From the NCBI GenBank assembly GCA_034530615.2, contig JAVRCV020000049.1, positions 64,001 through 128,000 of the forward strand: a stretch of DNA of 64,000 nucleotides, in the 5' to 3' direction. Source of the DNA: Aulosira sp. ZfuVER01 (lineage in GTDB: Bacteria; Cyanobacteriota; Cyanobacteriia; Cyanobacteriales; Nostocaceae). Shown one piece after another: positions 52,994-63,773 of this stretch; position 1 is the first letter of the stretch, and each line of letters starts with the position of its first letter. The translations under genes and the position numbers were made by a program. A model generated the notes under the pieces. It worked only from the letters and a program-made list of their open reading frames with translations. It ran no database searches and was not told where the DNA came from.

Positions 52994-54094
52994 ATGCAAT
53001 TACAACCCTTTCAGTTTATCTGGAAAAATCGCCCGACTCAGGGTAACTCTCCTCACCCTAGATACGGACATTCGGCAATTGTGTATCAAAACTCTATAAT
53101 CATTTTTGGTGGAGAAAATAACGAAACTGGAGAAACTTTCAACGATATTCACTTGCTCGATCTGGAAACTTGGACTTGGATGCAACCGCAAGTATGGGGA
53201 GATATTCCTACAAGCAGAAGCTTTCATACTGCTGTTTTAGCTGAAGATAAAATGCTTATCTGGGGAGGCTATCAAGAAGCAAAAGATGGCGGATATATTT
53301 TTAGCGATATTGATGTTCATATCCTCAATCTTCAAACTTGGCAATGGTCGCACGTCACTCCGAATGGAACACCACCCACAGCGCGTTCTCATCATAGTGC
53401 AGCTTTAGTTAAAGATAAATTATTCATTGATGGCGGCTCTTATGATATCTACACAGCATATAACGATCTTCACCTACTCGATCTCACAAAGATGTGCTGG
53501 ATAAATATCCAAGTTGATAACTGTTCTAGCTCTGCGTTAGCTGGATTAAAAGTTCATGGTAATACATTAGTTAAGTTTTTGGGAGATGCTGCTTACGGCG
53601 GATTCTGCCAAGATATTTTAACTTTAGAACTAGGCAATTTGAATTCCGAAAATCTATTGCAATTGCAGTGGCAGAAAGCCAAATTTGTAGGAATAGATGA
53701 TTATAAATATAAAATTCTATTGCCGAATAGCGATGAAGAAGAGGAGAATGAAGAATATGATGAGGAAGAAGGAATTCCCTGTCGAACTATTCATGGCTAT
53801 GGAGAATTTGGATACAACCTAATTTTATTTGCAGGGATGGCTCCAGGTAATGGTGTTAGCCATGTGACCATTGGTGATTTAATTCTACTAAATATGCCGG
53901 CTGTCGAAGAAGCCACTAGTGGAACTTATACTGCAATGGTTCCACTGGTAGGAGGAAAATTTCCTGCTCCTAGATTTGGTCATTCCACTATACAGTTTGC
54001 TCGGCAAACGATCGTTTATGGCGGTTTGTGGATTGACACTTATGCAGGCAATCATAGCTATGATAATGACGTATATATTCTTGAGATTTTATAG
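52994..54094 (+). CDS. Kelch-repeat beta-propeller protein
   Basis: Repeated P.PRYGHSA...IIFGG, P.SRSFHTA...IWGG, P.ARSHHSA...IDGG, PRFGHS...VYGG. Confidence 0.88.
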   Translation: MQLQPFQFIWKNRPTQGNSPHPRYGHSAIVYQNSIIIFGGENNETGETFNDIHLLDLETWTWMQPQVWGDIPTSRSFHTAVLAEDKMLIWGGYQEAKDGGYIFSDIDVHILNLQTWQWSHVTPNGTPPTARSHHSAALVKDKLFIDGGSYDIYTAYNDLHLLDLTKMCWINIQVDNCSSSALAGLKVHGNTLVKFLGDAAYGGFCQDILTLELGNLNSENLLQLQWQKAKFVGIDDYKYKILLPNSDEEEENEEYDEEEGIPCRTIHGYGEFGYNLILFAGMAPGNGVSHVTIGDLILLNMPAVEEATSGTYTAMVPLVGGKFPAPRFGHSTIQFARQTIVYGGLWIDTYAGNHSYDNDVYILEIL

Positions 54095-54120
54095 TTTCAT
54101 GCGCGCCTCTGCATAAATTT

Positions 54121-54147
54121 AAAGGGTGGGCATAGTCCCACCCTTTT
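54121..54147. terminator. Bidirectional hairpin between the convergent kelch and glgB genes
   Basis: AAAGGGTGGG-CATAGT-CCCACCCTTTT. Confidence 0.65.
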
Positions 54148-54149
54148 GA

Positions 54150-56444
54150 CTAAGATTGCAGCGCTAGTGCTGTCTTTTTCTTATCCAACTTGAGAATTAA
54201 AACTCCCAAAGGTGGTATACATAAATCCAGGGAATAGGGACGATTGTGTAAAGACCAATCATCAGTCCACTTACCGCCCAAGTTACCCATGTTGCTGCCA
54301 CCATACTGACGAGCATCACTATTAAACAACTCGGTATAAAAACCCTTTTCGGGTACTCCTATGCGGTAATGGGAATGAGGTTGAGGTGTGAAGTTGCAAA
54401 CCACAACGACAAAATTCTCTGAATCCTTTTCACGGCGAACAAAGGAAACCACGCTATGACGGTTATCGCTACAATCAATCCACTCAAATCCTGGTTCAGC
54501 AAAATCTTGGGTGTACAAAGCTGGTTCGGAGCGGTAGAGATGGTTCAGTTCTTGGAAAAACTGCTTCAGTTGTTGATGTGGCTCAAACTGCAATAAATGC
54601 CACTCCAAATCACTCCAGACATTCCACTCACTCCACTGGCCAAACTCCATGCTCATAAACATGGTTTTCTTGCCTGGGTGAGCGAACATATAGCTAAACA
54701 AACAACGCACATTCGCTAACTTCTGCCATGTATCCCCTGGCATTTTGCCAATCATATTGCTCTTGCCATGCACGACTTCATCGTGAGACAGAGCCAGCAT
54801 AAAGTTTTCGCTGTGGTTGTACCACATACTAAAGGTGATGTTGTTTTGGTGGAATTGACGGAACCAAGGGTCCATGCTGAAGTAGTCCAGCATATCGTGC
54901 ATCCAGCCCATATTCCACTTTAAGTTGAAGCCCAGACCACCTGTATAAGTAGGCCAAGATACCATCGGCCAAGAAGTGGATTCTTCAGCAATGGAAAGCG
55001 CGCCTGGGAAATAGCTGAAAATCAGATAATTTACCTGACGCAAAAAATCTGCTGCTTCCAAGTTTTCTCTGCCGCCGTACTGGTTGGGTAGCCATTCTCC
55101 AGGTTTCCGGCAATAGTCAAGGTAAAGCATGGAAGCCACAGCATCGACGCGAATGCCGTCAATGTGGTACTTGTCAAACCAAAACAGCGCATTTGCAGCT
55201 AGGAAGTTCCGGACTTCGTGGCGCGCATAGTTGAATACCAGAGTTCCCCATTCTTTGTGTTCGCCTTTGCGGGAATCTGCGTGTTCGTACAGGTGACTAC
55301 CATCGAAGAAGGCTAAACCATGACCATCTTTAGGGAAATGACCGGGAACCCAATCTACAATAACGCCAATGCCATTTTGGTGACATTGGTCAACAAAATA
55401 CATAAAATCTTGGGCGCTACCAAAACGGGAGGTAGGGGCAAAGTAGCCAGTTACTTGATAACCCCAAGACCCATCAAAGGGATGTTCCGCAATAGGTAAC
55501 AGTTCTACATGGGTGTAACCCAAGTCTTTGACGTAAGGGATCAGTCTGTCTGCCAATTCCCGGTAAGTGAGGAAGCGTGCGCCGGGTTTCAGTTCAGAAA
55601 CAATCACTACAGGTTCAGTTTCCCCATTCGGAAGTGTAGGTGGTTCGGCACTAGAAGCGTGTAACCAAGAACCTAAATGCACTTCATAGACTGAAACTGG
55701 CTGAGTTAAAGGATCGGTGTGTCGCCGTTTTTCTAACCAGTCTTGATCACTCCAAGTGTATGCACTTAAATCAGTAACAATTGATGCTGTTTTGGGGCGT
55801 GGTTCTTGTTGGAAACCGTAGGGATCGGATTTTTCGTAAATATGGCCTTCAAAATTTTTGATTTCATATTTATAATGCTCTCCCACTCCCAATTCCGGAA
55901 TAAATAATTCCCAAACGCCGGTAGGGCCCTTACGCATCTGGTGTTGGCGTCCATCCCAGTGATTGAAATCTCCCAACACAGAAACGTTACGAGCATTGGG
56001 TGCCCAAACAGCAAAGTAAACGCCTTGAATGCCATCTACCTCTGTCAGGTGCGCTCCCAGTTTTTCGTAAATCCGATGGTGGTTCCCCTCACCAAACAAA
56101 TGCAAGTCGAAGTCTGTCAGACGTGGAGAACGAAAGGCATAAGGATCGTAAGTGACACGCTCGCGATCGCCTTCTTTAATCCTTAACTGGTAGTTTGCCA
56201 GTTCTGCTGTTTCAATCGTGCATTCAAAAAAGTTGGGATGATGCACTGTTTGCATCGGATATTCTTTACGTTCTTGAGGAATCACTACCCACGCAGCACT
56301 GGCTTTTGGTAGGTAGGCTCGCACAGCCCAGACATTTTTGCCATTCTGTTCTATGAGATGAGAACCCAGTATTTCAAAGGGATCTTGATGTTGATTCCAA
56401 ACGATGCTGTTAACCTGTTCAGGGGCGATCGTGGTCATGGACAT
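54150..56444 (-). CDS. glgB: 1,4-alpha-glucan branching enzyme
   Basis: [59 protein letters not shown]. Confidence 0.97.
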   Translation of the reverse strand: MSMTTIAPEQVNSIVWNQHQDPFEILGSHLIEQNGKNVWAVRAYLPKASAAWVVIPQERKEYPMQTVHHPNFFECTIETAELANYQLRIKEGDRERVTYDPYAFRSPRLTDFDLHLFGEGNHHRIYEKLGAHLTEVDGIQGVYFAVWAPNARNVSVLGDFNHWDGRQHQMRKGPTGVWELFIPELGVGEHYKYEIKNFEGHIYEKSDPYGFQQEPRPKTASIVTDLSAYTWSDQDWLEKRRHTDPLTQPVSVYEVHLGSWLHASSAEPPTLPNGETEPVVIVSELKPGARFLTYRELADRLIPYVKDLGYTHVELLPIAEHPFDGSWGYQVTGYFAPTSRFGSAQDFMYFVDQCHQNGIGVIVDWVPGHFPKDGHGLAFFDGSHLYEHADSRKGEHKEWGTLVFNYARHEVRNFLAANALFWFDKYHIDGIRVDAVASMLYLDYCRKPGEWLPNQYGGRENLEAADFLRQVNYLIFSYFPGALSIAEESTSWPMVSWPTYTGGLGFNLKWNMGWMHDMLDYFSMDPWFRQFHQNNITFSMWYNHSENFMLALSHDEVVHGKSNMIGKMPGDTWQKLANVRCLFSYMFAHPGKKTMFMSMEFGQWSEWNVWSDLEWHLLQFEPHQQLKQFFQELNHLYRSEPALYTQDFAEPGFEWIDCSDNRHSVVSFVRREKDSENFVVVVCNFTPQPHSHYRIGVPEKGFYTELFNSDARQYGGSNMGNLGGKWTDDWSLHNRPYSLDLCIPPLGVLILKLDKKKTALALQS

Positions 56445-56641
56445 TAAAGCTACCTACGTGAAATAAAGTGATTGATTAAACTACTTTTGTAATTTATATA
56501 TATTCTTTACATTTATTTGCAATTTTGTTGCCACCGTTATCCTACCTCAGAAATGACGAACTATTACCTGATGAGGGAAAGGGAAGCGGGGAGCAGGGGG
56601 ATGAGGAAGTGTGGGGAGTGTGGGGAGAAATGACCAATTTA

Positions 56642-56956
56642 TTAAATCCCTAAAAATGGGAAGATCTGAAGTAAACCCTTACGTATCCTCAGCAAGAAAA
56701 TCTGATCCCGGATTTTAGGATCTAGTTTGCGTGGTGGGATCACTTGCAGTTGCTCTTGCAGTTCTGCGTATTGGGCGGCAGTTAAGGGTTTACCATCGAT
56801 TGGCGATCGCGCTTCTATAATTATCTCTGTACGTAAGATTTCTTCGGGAAGATCCTCTGGTGGTGGTAGTGCCATAACTGCTGTTCCTATATGGCTGCTC
56901 AACCCCACCAAAATGCTGATGCTCATGCTCAAAACAAAAAATCTTATCCGCTTCAT
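56642..56956 (-). CDS. Hypothetical protein with a signal-peptide-like N-terminus
   Basis: LPPPEDLPEEILRTEIIIEARSPIDGKPLTAAQY. Confidence 0.7.
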   Translation of the reverse strand: MKRIRFFVLSMSISILVGLSSHIGTAVMALPPPEDLPEEILRTEIIIEARSPIDGKPLTAAQYAELQEQLQVIPPRKLDPKIRDQIFLLRIRKGLLQIFPFLGI

Positions 56957-57604
56957 TGCTACCCTTTGGAGTTCTGAGTCCAGATCGCCATAAACTGGGT
57001 TCGAGATTGCTTAGGTTTGTTATCTATCCAAACTACCTGAGCATTCTCGATCCCTATCAATGAATAGGTGGACTAATTGCGATATTTTTCTGAGTTTTAG
57101 ATATGAGTCTAATATTTAATTTGCTTATAGCACAGAACGAAGAGTATTTGTCAATAATATTGACAGAAATGTTCCATGTATAAACCAAAAATCAAAGGGT
57201 AGGCATAATCCAGAAAAGCTGATTTAATCTACATTTTAGGGATTTTGTCTTTTGACTTACTCACCAGCTTTACTAGGTATATCGCCTGCAAACGTCTCAA
57301 TCAAAATTTAAGCTTAGTCAAGCAATTCAAACTTAGGTAGGTGGCAGAATTAGCAAGCCACCGATAAGAGATCTGAAAGTAAACAAAATTTTTCGATGAT
57401 ATATTTTTATGCGATCGCAGTATTAAGGACACGTGGTGACAGTACTAACTGTCTTTACCAGTGTCCTTCATGTTGTTGCCTTACTTAACAGATAGTTGAG
57501 AACTGTCAAGTTTGCATTCTACAACACCAGGTTTTTTAGGTCTGCATTCCTACCAAATCTGCAAAAAGGGTATTGAGAGGACTGCTGTGACTGACCTAAA
57601 TGTA

Positions 57605-57892
57605 CTAGGGTGTTTTTGTGGGGGTAGGAGTTGCAGTACCAGTAGCGGCGGGGGTAGCAGCACCAGTAGCTTTAGGAGTAGCAGCACCAGTAGCTTTAGG
57701 AGTAGCAGCACCAGTAGCGGCAGGGCTAGGGGATTTAGTAGTCGTTGGGGCCCCTGTGTCAGTTGGTTCCCCTGTAGCTGCTGGACTGCTGGTAGCACCG
57801 CCAGGAGCAGTAGGTTCACCACCACCTTCACAGGCTCCGAGAATTGCTGCCAGACTTAACATGAGAGCCAAACCAAAGATTTTTGTTTTCAT
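57605..57892 (-). CDS. Small Pro/Thr/Ala-rich lipoprotein
   Basis: Lipobox ILGAC after a hydrophobic stretch; AGGAG upstream; 8-aa repeats ATGAATP(K/A). Confidence 0.8.
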   Translation of the reverse strand: MKTKIFGLALMLSLAAILGACEGGGEPTAPGGATSSPAATGEPTDTGAPTTTKSPSPAATGAATPKATGAATPKATGAATPAATGTATPTPTKTP

Positions 57893-58582
57893 AACTCCTC
57901 TTTCACCAATTGTGGCAATAACAAATTTTCGCCTGATGAATAAGATACCTTATTTGTTGCGTTTTTTTAAAATGCTTTCAGATATATATTAAATATTAAA
58001 GCTAATGTAAAATATTTTTGATCCGAGTAGCATTATGAAGCGGCTACAGTTATTAGTTTCTCTTAACTAAGAAAAAATCACGCTTAAAAAAGTAAACATC
58101 AAATTTAGATAAACTCATCTCACCACTTGGGAGAATATATCGGTTATTTAGGGGCAAGACCCATTAAAGGACTTCTAAATAAAAAATATTCCATTGCTGT
58201 GAGGGCAGGGGCGCAGGGGGAGAAAATTCCAGAAATTGGATAATTGATTTTTTGGAGTTTTTCAGCGCCGCTTTTTTGTCAATTCGGCAGCAAGGCAAGT
58301 TATCATACCAAAAATTGTTATGTTTTCGCTGACACTTGCCGCTTGCTGTTTAGCATTGCCATACTTTATAGACGATGCCCAAAGGGTCAAGCTGTCCAGG
58401 TGCAGCTCGCAATCAGCGAGCATTGCAATACCCAAGTGATGCAAACCTTGGTGCAGCTACCTATCAAAACACTGAAAAGAGTTGAGGGTATTACTCGTGC
58501 TGATTGCTTACAAGGCGATTTGAACCTTAGTAAAAACAGACACCCAATCTAAAATCCAGTTTTTCTACCTGAACAAAAAGTT

Positions 58583-59278
58583 ATGGCTGCTGCTCGCAAA
58601 TCAGCTGTTTCTGCGACGGGTAATTGGTTCGAGCGAAATTCTCCCCTATCTTTAGGGAAGAGGCGCTCCACACATCGACAGTCAGCCGCCCCAAGAGCGT
58701 CTACAGTTGCTGCTGAACCTACACCAATACCCTCTACAAGACAACGGCGTTCATCGAAAAATTTATCTGTTTCTGCCACTAATGAGTCAGTAATGCTCCC
58801 AACAGTGCAGTCCGGTACACAAAAAGCTGCCAATTTTAAAGGGCAGTCAAATACAGTGCATAAAAGTCCGAGGATGGGTTTTCTTAGCCTTCCTGGCATG
58901 AAGAGTTCTGGAAATTTACCTGTATGGTTGTTGCGGCTTTATACCTTCCATCGTTATTCTTCAGTTGTGACATTTTTGTTAGTAGCTACAACCCTAGTAG
59001 TCTATGGCTGGACAGTGTATTCCCAGGATATTTGGAGCCAAGGATACCGCAGATTGCAAAGTTTACAACGTCATGAGCGACAGTTGACTACAACTAATGC
59101 CGCACTAACCAACAAAATGGCTGAAGAAGCAGAACAACCAGCAGCGGGATTGGTATTACCAACTCCGGATCGCACAATTTTTTTGCCGCCAGCATCTTAT
59201 AGTCCTAATTCCACACCACCTAAGACAACACCAGATTCAGAACCGCCGGAGCAAACTACTTCACCTTTGGGATATTAA
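58583..59278 (+). CDS. Bitopic membrane protein upstream of ftsI (FtsL-like)
   Basis: One transmembrane helix followed by a short coiled coil (YRRLQSLQRHERQLTTTNAAL); position directly before ftsI. Confidence 0.65.
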   Translation: MAAARKSAVSATGNWFERNSPLSLGKRRSTHRQSAAPRASTVAAEPTPIPSTRQRRSSKNLSVSATNESVMLPTVQSGTQKAANFKGQSNTVHKSPRMGFLSLPGMKSSGNLPVWLLRLYTFHRYSSVVTFLLVATTLVVYGWTVYSQDIWSQGYRRLQSLQRHERQLTTTNAALTNKMAEEAEQPAAGLVLPTPDRTIFLPPASYSPNSTPPKTTPDSEPPEQTTSPLGY

Positions 59279-59294
59279 ATTCAAGAGTCAAGGG

Positions 59295-59545
59295 GAGCCA
59301 CTGCTGTGAGACACTCCGTTGCGGGGGTTCCCCCCGTTGAAGGAAGTGTCGAACCCGTAAAGGTCTTGGGGTCTCCCCAAGTAAAGTTTAGTGGCGTTCA
59401 ATGGTCCTTTGTCCTTTGTCATTGGACTAGGGAATTGGGGACTGGGGACAAGGAGGAGAAGCAATTCAAATTAAGAAATGTTTTTGCCTATTGGCTCTTG
59501 ACTTTTGACTTTTGACACATGACTAATGACTAAGGACAATGGACA
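59295..59545. repeat. Nested dispersed hairpin repeat followed by heptamer tandem repeats
   Basis: GAGCCACTGC...AGTGGCGT (59295-59397), then GTCCTTT, GGACTGG, TGACTTT and TGACTAA heptamers. Confidence 0.7.
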
Positions 59546-59551
59546 CACCCA

Positions 59552-61375
59552 ATGCGTAAGTCACCAAGTAAAAGTAAATTCAAAAACTTTCGTCATTCAG
59601 ATTTTACAAGACGGAGAAGAGAGACGCCTAGCTCTAATACCCAAGACTACGTATCTAATATTAGAACTCGACTGTTTATAGCATGGGGTGTACTAATTGC
59701 CGCTGGGTTGGGGCTGGCGATCAATTTGTATCAATTACAAATTGTGCGAGGAGCAAAGCTAACAGAGAAGGCGCGGAATCAGCAAATGGTGAATTTGAGG
59801 CCTTTTATGCCTCGTCGCCCAGTCATCGATCGCGGCAATAATTTGTTGGCGATCGACCGTCCAGTTTATACTGTCTTCGCCCATCCGAAGTTGTTTGATA
59901 AATCTAATGAGGAAATAGCCAAGCTTCTGGCTCCACTACTGAGCAAAGATACTGCTGAGTTAGTTAAGATATTTGAAAGCAAAAAAAGTGGGATTACACT
60001 TGCCCCTGCATTGCCCGAAGAAATCGCCGATCGCTTCATTGCTTTACACTTAAATGGGTTTGAATTTATTCAAAAATACTCGCGTTTTTACCCACAAGAA
60101 GATTTAGCTGCTGATGTGGTGGGCTACGTGAATCTTGACCGTCGCGGTCAGGCAGGTGTGGAATATAGTCAAGAAAAGTTATTAGAGCGTTCGGTGCAAA
60201 CCGTGCGCTTAAGTCGTTCAGGTAATGGTGCAGTGATGCCAGATCATGCACCGGAAGGATTTTTGCATTTTGATGATTTGCAACTACAACTAACTATCGA
60301 TAGCCGCCTGCAACGGGCAGCTCGTTCTGCGCTCAAACAACAGATGGAAAAGTTTGGTGCAAAACGAGGGGCAGTAATTGTCATGGATGCATCGGATGGT
60401 TCCCTACTGGCTTTAGTTTCCCAACCTACCTACAATCCCAATCAATACTCGAAAGCGAAAATTGAACTGTTTAAAAACTGGACGGTAGCAGATCTTTATG
60501 AACCGGGATCGACATTCAAGCCTTTAAATGTGGCGATCGCTCTGGAAAATGGTGTAATTAAACCAGATGATTTATTTAATGACCCTGGTTCGATCAAAGT
60601 AGCCGATCGCATCATTAAAAATGCTGAAAATAAAAGTTACGGACAGATCAACATTGCGCAAATTCTGCAACATTCCAGCAATATTGGCATGGTGCAAATT
60701 ATCCAACGATTACAGCCCAATGTGTATTACAACTGGCTGGAACGCCTAGGGCTAGGGCAAACTGTTGATACAGATTTACCTTTTGAAGTCGGCAGTCGTC
60801 TCAAAAGCCAAGAAGAATTTATTTCCTCACCAATTGAACCTGCAACTACCTCTTTTGGGCAAGGCTTTTCCTTAACGCCCTTACAGTTAGTACAAATGCA
60901 CGGAGCTTTAGCTAATGGCGGTAAATTGGTAACACCTCATGTTATTCGCGGGCTAATTGATAGTAAAGGGCAGACGCATTATTCGCCCAATCGCCCCATA
61001 CCACGCCAAATTTTCTCCCCGACGACAACTCAACGAGTAGTAGAAATGATGGAAACTGTGGTTGCCGAAGGTACTGGTAAGGTGGCACAAATTCCCGGAT
61101 ATCGCATTGGTGGTAAAACAGGTACAGCCCAAAAAGCTAGTGCTTCTGGTGGCTACCAAGTTGGCGCTAGAATCACCAGTTTTGTAGCGATTTTGCCTGT
61201 GGAATCTCCCCGCTACGTTGTTTTGGCATTAGTGGACGAGCCAAAAGGAGAAAACGCCTATGGTTCTACCGTCGCTGCACCAATTGTCAAAGCTGTGATC
61301 GAAGCGTTGATCCCGATTGAACAAATTCCGCCTAGTCTCCCAGTTAATCCCACACCAACAGCCCCGCAAAATTGA
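59552..61375 (+). CDS. ftsI: Class B penicillin-binding protein (FtsI/PBP3-like)
   Basis: N-terminal transmembrane helix; YEPGSTFK (SxxK), SSN, GGKTGTAQK. Confidence 0.85.
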   Translation: MRKSPSKSKFKNFRHSDFTRRRRETPSSNTQDYVSNIRTRLFIAWGVLIAAGLGLAINLYQLQIVRGAKLTEKARNQQMVNLRPFMPRRPVIDRGNNLLAIDRPVYTVFAHPKLFDKSNEEIAKLLAPLLSKDTAELVKIFESKKSGITLAPALPEEIADRFIALHLNGFEFIQKYSRFYPQEDLAADVVGYVNLDRRGQAGVEYSQEKLLERSVQTVRLSRSGNGAVMPDHAPEGFLHFDDLQLQLTIDSRLQRAARSALKQQMEKFGAKRGAVIVMDASDGSLLALVSQPTYNPNQYSKAKIELFKNWTVADLYEPGSTFKPLNVAIALENGVIKPDDLFNDPGSIKVADRIIKNAENKSYGQINIAQILQHSSNIGMVQIIQRLQPNVYYNWLERLGLGQTVDTDLPFEVGSRLKSQEEFISSPIEPATTSFGQGFSLTPLQLVQMHGALANGGKLVTPHVIRGLIDSKGQTHYSPNRPIPRQIFSPTTTQRVVEMMETVVAEGTGKVAQIPGYRIGGKTGTAQKASASGGYQVGARITSFVAILPVESPRYVVLALVDEPKGENAYGSTVAAPIVKAVIEALIPIEQIPPSLPVNPTPTAPQN

Positions 61376-61753
61376 GGATGAGCGCGGAGGAATAGGCAAT
61401 AGAAGGCAATAGAGTCAAAGAAAATACTGCTTATTATCTGCGATCCTCTGCCTCCAGACAGTGGGCAACAAGTGTAGTCATCCCAGAAAGAATGCCAATT
61501 TTTGTGAAAAGATACAAGCTGTGATGCTGAAAATGCCAGGAAATTAGCGATAAACACGGTAGTTTTCACTGCCGTTTAAATAAAAAATACAATACTTTAT
61601 CACTGAGTTAAACTCTGTGACTTTGCTTTGCGTTGATAAATTGTTCATATTTCTTTATGACCAAGGAAAGATACATAAAACCCTATGAGTATGGAAATCT
61701 AAAGATTAATAGGTGAATTATTTTTTACATCTTGGCAAAGCTACTAAATTTTC

Positions 61754-62878
61754 ATGGGAAACAATCTAGTTATATTCCCCAATCTCAAGGGGAGAGCGAA
61801 TAGTACACAAATAGCGGCAATCACAGCTACCAAATATGACGATGTTGAGCAGCAATTTATAGAACTGCTAGCTACGGAGAATTTAGACAATCAACTAGTA
61901 CAAGAGTCTGCCAAAGTCTGGGAATTTGAAGAGGCGCTCTCGACAGCAATTAATGCTGCTTATAAAAATGGTAGTGGCGATCCCCAGGCTCACCGATTCC
62001 TCCAAAGAATACTCTATAGGATTAATCGGCTAAAGTTGTTTTGGTACGACGATTTGCGGCACTATGAAAATGAGCGATCGCTTTACTTGTCTTCATGTCG
62101 CAACCAAATCGAAGCAGCTTGGCAAGGCTGGGAACTAGCACAAATCGATGTGTCAGCACTGCAAAAATTAGATGTCAAACAAGCACTGATCGAGCGCGCA
62201 AATGCCGATGTAGACCCACCTTTATCGCCAACTAGCCGCTATATCCGTGAAGAAATGACTGAAGTTGGCTACCGCCACTTATTAGCTATTGGCTCCTTTG
62301 ATGGCTTAGTAGAAGGTAGCCGCATGGCTTACATTTTGGGCGGTGCGGCGAATGAAGTGCAATGTACCCTAGTGCGAGTGTTTTTGGAAGAATACGGCAA
62401 CGGTCGCTTATCTCGCAAGCACTCGACATTTTTTGCCCAAATGCTAGCTGAGTTTGGCATGAACACCGAACCAGAGGGGTATTTTGATTTAGTACCTTGG
62501 GAAGTCCTCGCTTGTGATAACCATAATTTCTTAACGACAGAGCGTAAGCGCTATTTTCTCCGCTACAGTGGTGCATTGACCTATTTTGAAGTAGCTGGCC
62601 CTGCGGCTTACAGAAATTATCTAGCGGCGGCGCAAAGACTGGGGCTGTCAGAGGCAGCTATGGGTTATTGGGAATTGCACATTCGCGAAGATGAACGCCA
62701 CGGTCGTTGGATGTTGGATGATGTGGCTTTGGCTTTGGCAGAAAAGTATCCCAATGATGCGTGGGAACTGGTACTTGGCTATGACCAGGAAAAACTAATG
62801 GGCGATCGCGCAGCGCAAGCTGTTGTCCGATCGATACGTGAGATTGAAGAGGCTAACTCACCCATAAATGATAGATAG
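61754..62878 (+). CDS. Heme-oxygenase-like diiron ('iron-containing redox') enzyme
   Basis: Carboxylate/His motifs EEYGNG...KH, YFEV, ELHIREDERH in a helical protein. Confidence 0.8.
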   Translation: MGNNLVIFPNLKGRANSTQIAAITATKYDDVEQQFIELLATENLDNQLVQESAKVWEFEEALSTAINAAYKNGSGDPQAHRFLQRILYRINRLKLFWYDDLRHYENERSLYLSSCRNQIEAAWQGWELAQIDVSALQKLDVKQALIERANADVDPPLSPTSRYIREEMTEVGYRHLLAIGSFDGLVEGSRMAYILGGAANEVQCTLVRVFLEEYGNGRLSRKHSTFFAQMLAEFGMNTEPEGYFDLVPWEVLACDNHNFLTTERKRYFLRYSGALTYFEVAGPAAYRNYLAAAQRLGLSEAAMGYWELHIREDERHGRWMLDDVALALAEKYPNDAWELVLGYDQEKLMGDRAAQAVVRSIREIEEANSPINDR

Positions 62879-62961
62879 CAATTAAAAATACCAGCTTCGA
62901 CGCTGAGATTTTTAACTCCATAATTCATATTTTTTCAGGAAAAAATTTCTTTAGTAACAGC

Positions 62962-62993
62962 GCGTTTGACGAAGTCCTTACCGCAGGTATCGC
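62962..62993. repeat. HIP1 site split by a 24-nt insertion
   Basis: GCG-TTTGACGAAGTCCTTACCGCAGGT-ATCGC. Confidence 0.55.
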
Positions 62994-63077
62994 TAAAGAA
63001 ACAGTTTTTCTTGCATTAATGCATTTGAACTGATTTTCTTCAACATCAATTATACATTAAACTTGAATTGAGGTCAC

Positions 63078-63773
63078 ATGAAAGACATATTTTTTTGCCC
63101 TGAAGAATCTAATTTCTACTCCAATTGTTTAGAAAACTTAGTTATCAGAAATTGTGAAACTGCTGATGAGATTGTTGAGTTCGGTTCAGGTGATGGTAGT
63201 CCTGTAATTAACTCATTACTGAGAAATAAATTTGATGGAGTCATACATGGATTTGAATTAAATACTTCAGCCTGGAAAGCCGCAAGTTTAACAATTGATG
63301 AATACAACCTCGCCAACAAATATATTATCAATAACTCCTGTTTATTTAAATCTTCTAAACCCAAAGCCAAGTATCTGGTTGCTAATCCTCCATATCTGCC
63401 TGCGCCAGATCCAGATATTTATATGCCACTACTCTTTGGTGGTATAGATGGAGCCACAGTTACTAACAATCTCTTATCTTTGGGATATGAAAATGTGCTA
63501 GTTTTAATTTCTAGCTTTTCCAATCCCAAAAGTACAATTGAGCAAGCACAAGATTATGGATATACAGTGAGCAACTTTGTAGTTTTACCTTTAAAGTTTG
63601 GTCAATATAGCTCTGAGCCAAAAGTTAAAAAGCATATCGAAGAGTTGCGGAAACAGAAAATTGCTTTTTATTCTGGTGAATATTACTTCTTGGCTGGAGT
63701 TTTATTCACTAACTGCTCAAAAAATCCAACTGATTTATCTCAGGAACTAGCTCAAGTAATGACAAGTTTATAA
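63078..63773 (+). CDS. SAM-dependent methyltransferase with an NPPY motif (HemK/PrmC-like)
   Basis: IVEFGSGDG (motif I); VANPPYLP; GGIDG. Confidence 0.8.
   Translation: MKDIFFCPEESNFYSNCLENLVIRNCETADEIVEFGSGDGSPVINSLLRNKFDGVIHGFELNTSAWKAASLTIDEYNLANKYIINNSCLFKSSKPKAKYLVANPPYLPAPDPDIYMPLLFGGIDGATVTNNLLSLGYENVLVLISSFSNPKSTIEQAQDYGYTVSNFVVLPLKFGQYSSEPKVKKHIEELRKQKIAFYSGEYYFLAGVLFTNCSKNPTDLSQELAQVMTSL

Noticed and set aside
57512..57992. Alternative ORFs over the lipoprotein gene
   Set aside because: They are low-complexity readings of the 24-bp repeat; only the 57605-57892 minus frame has an RBS and a lipobox.
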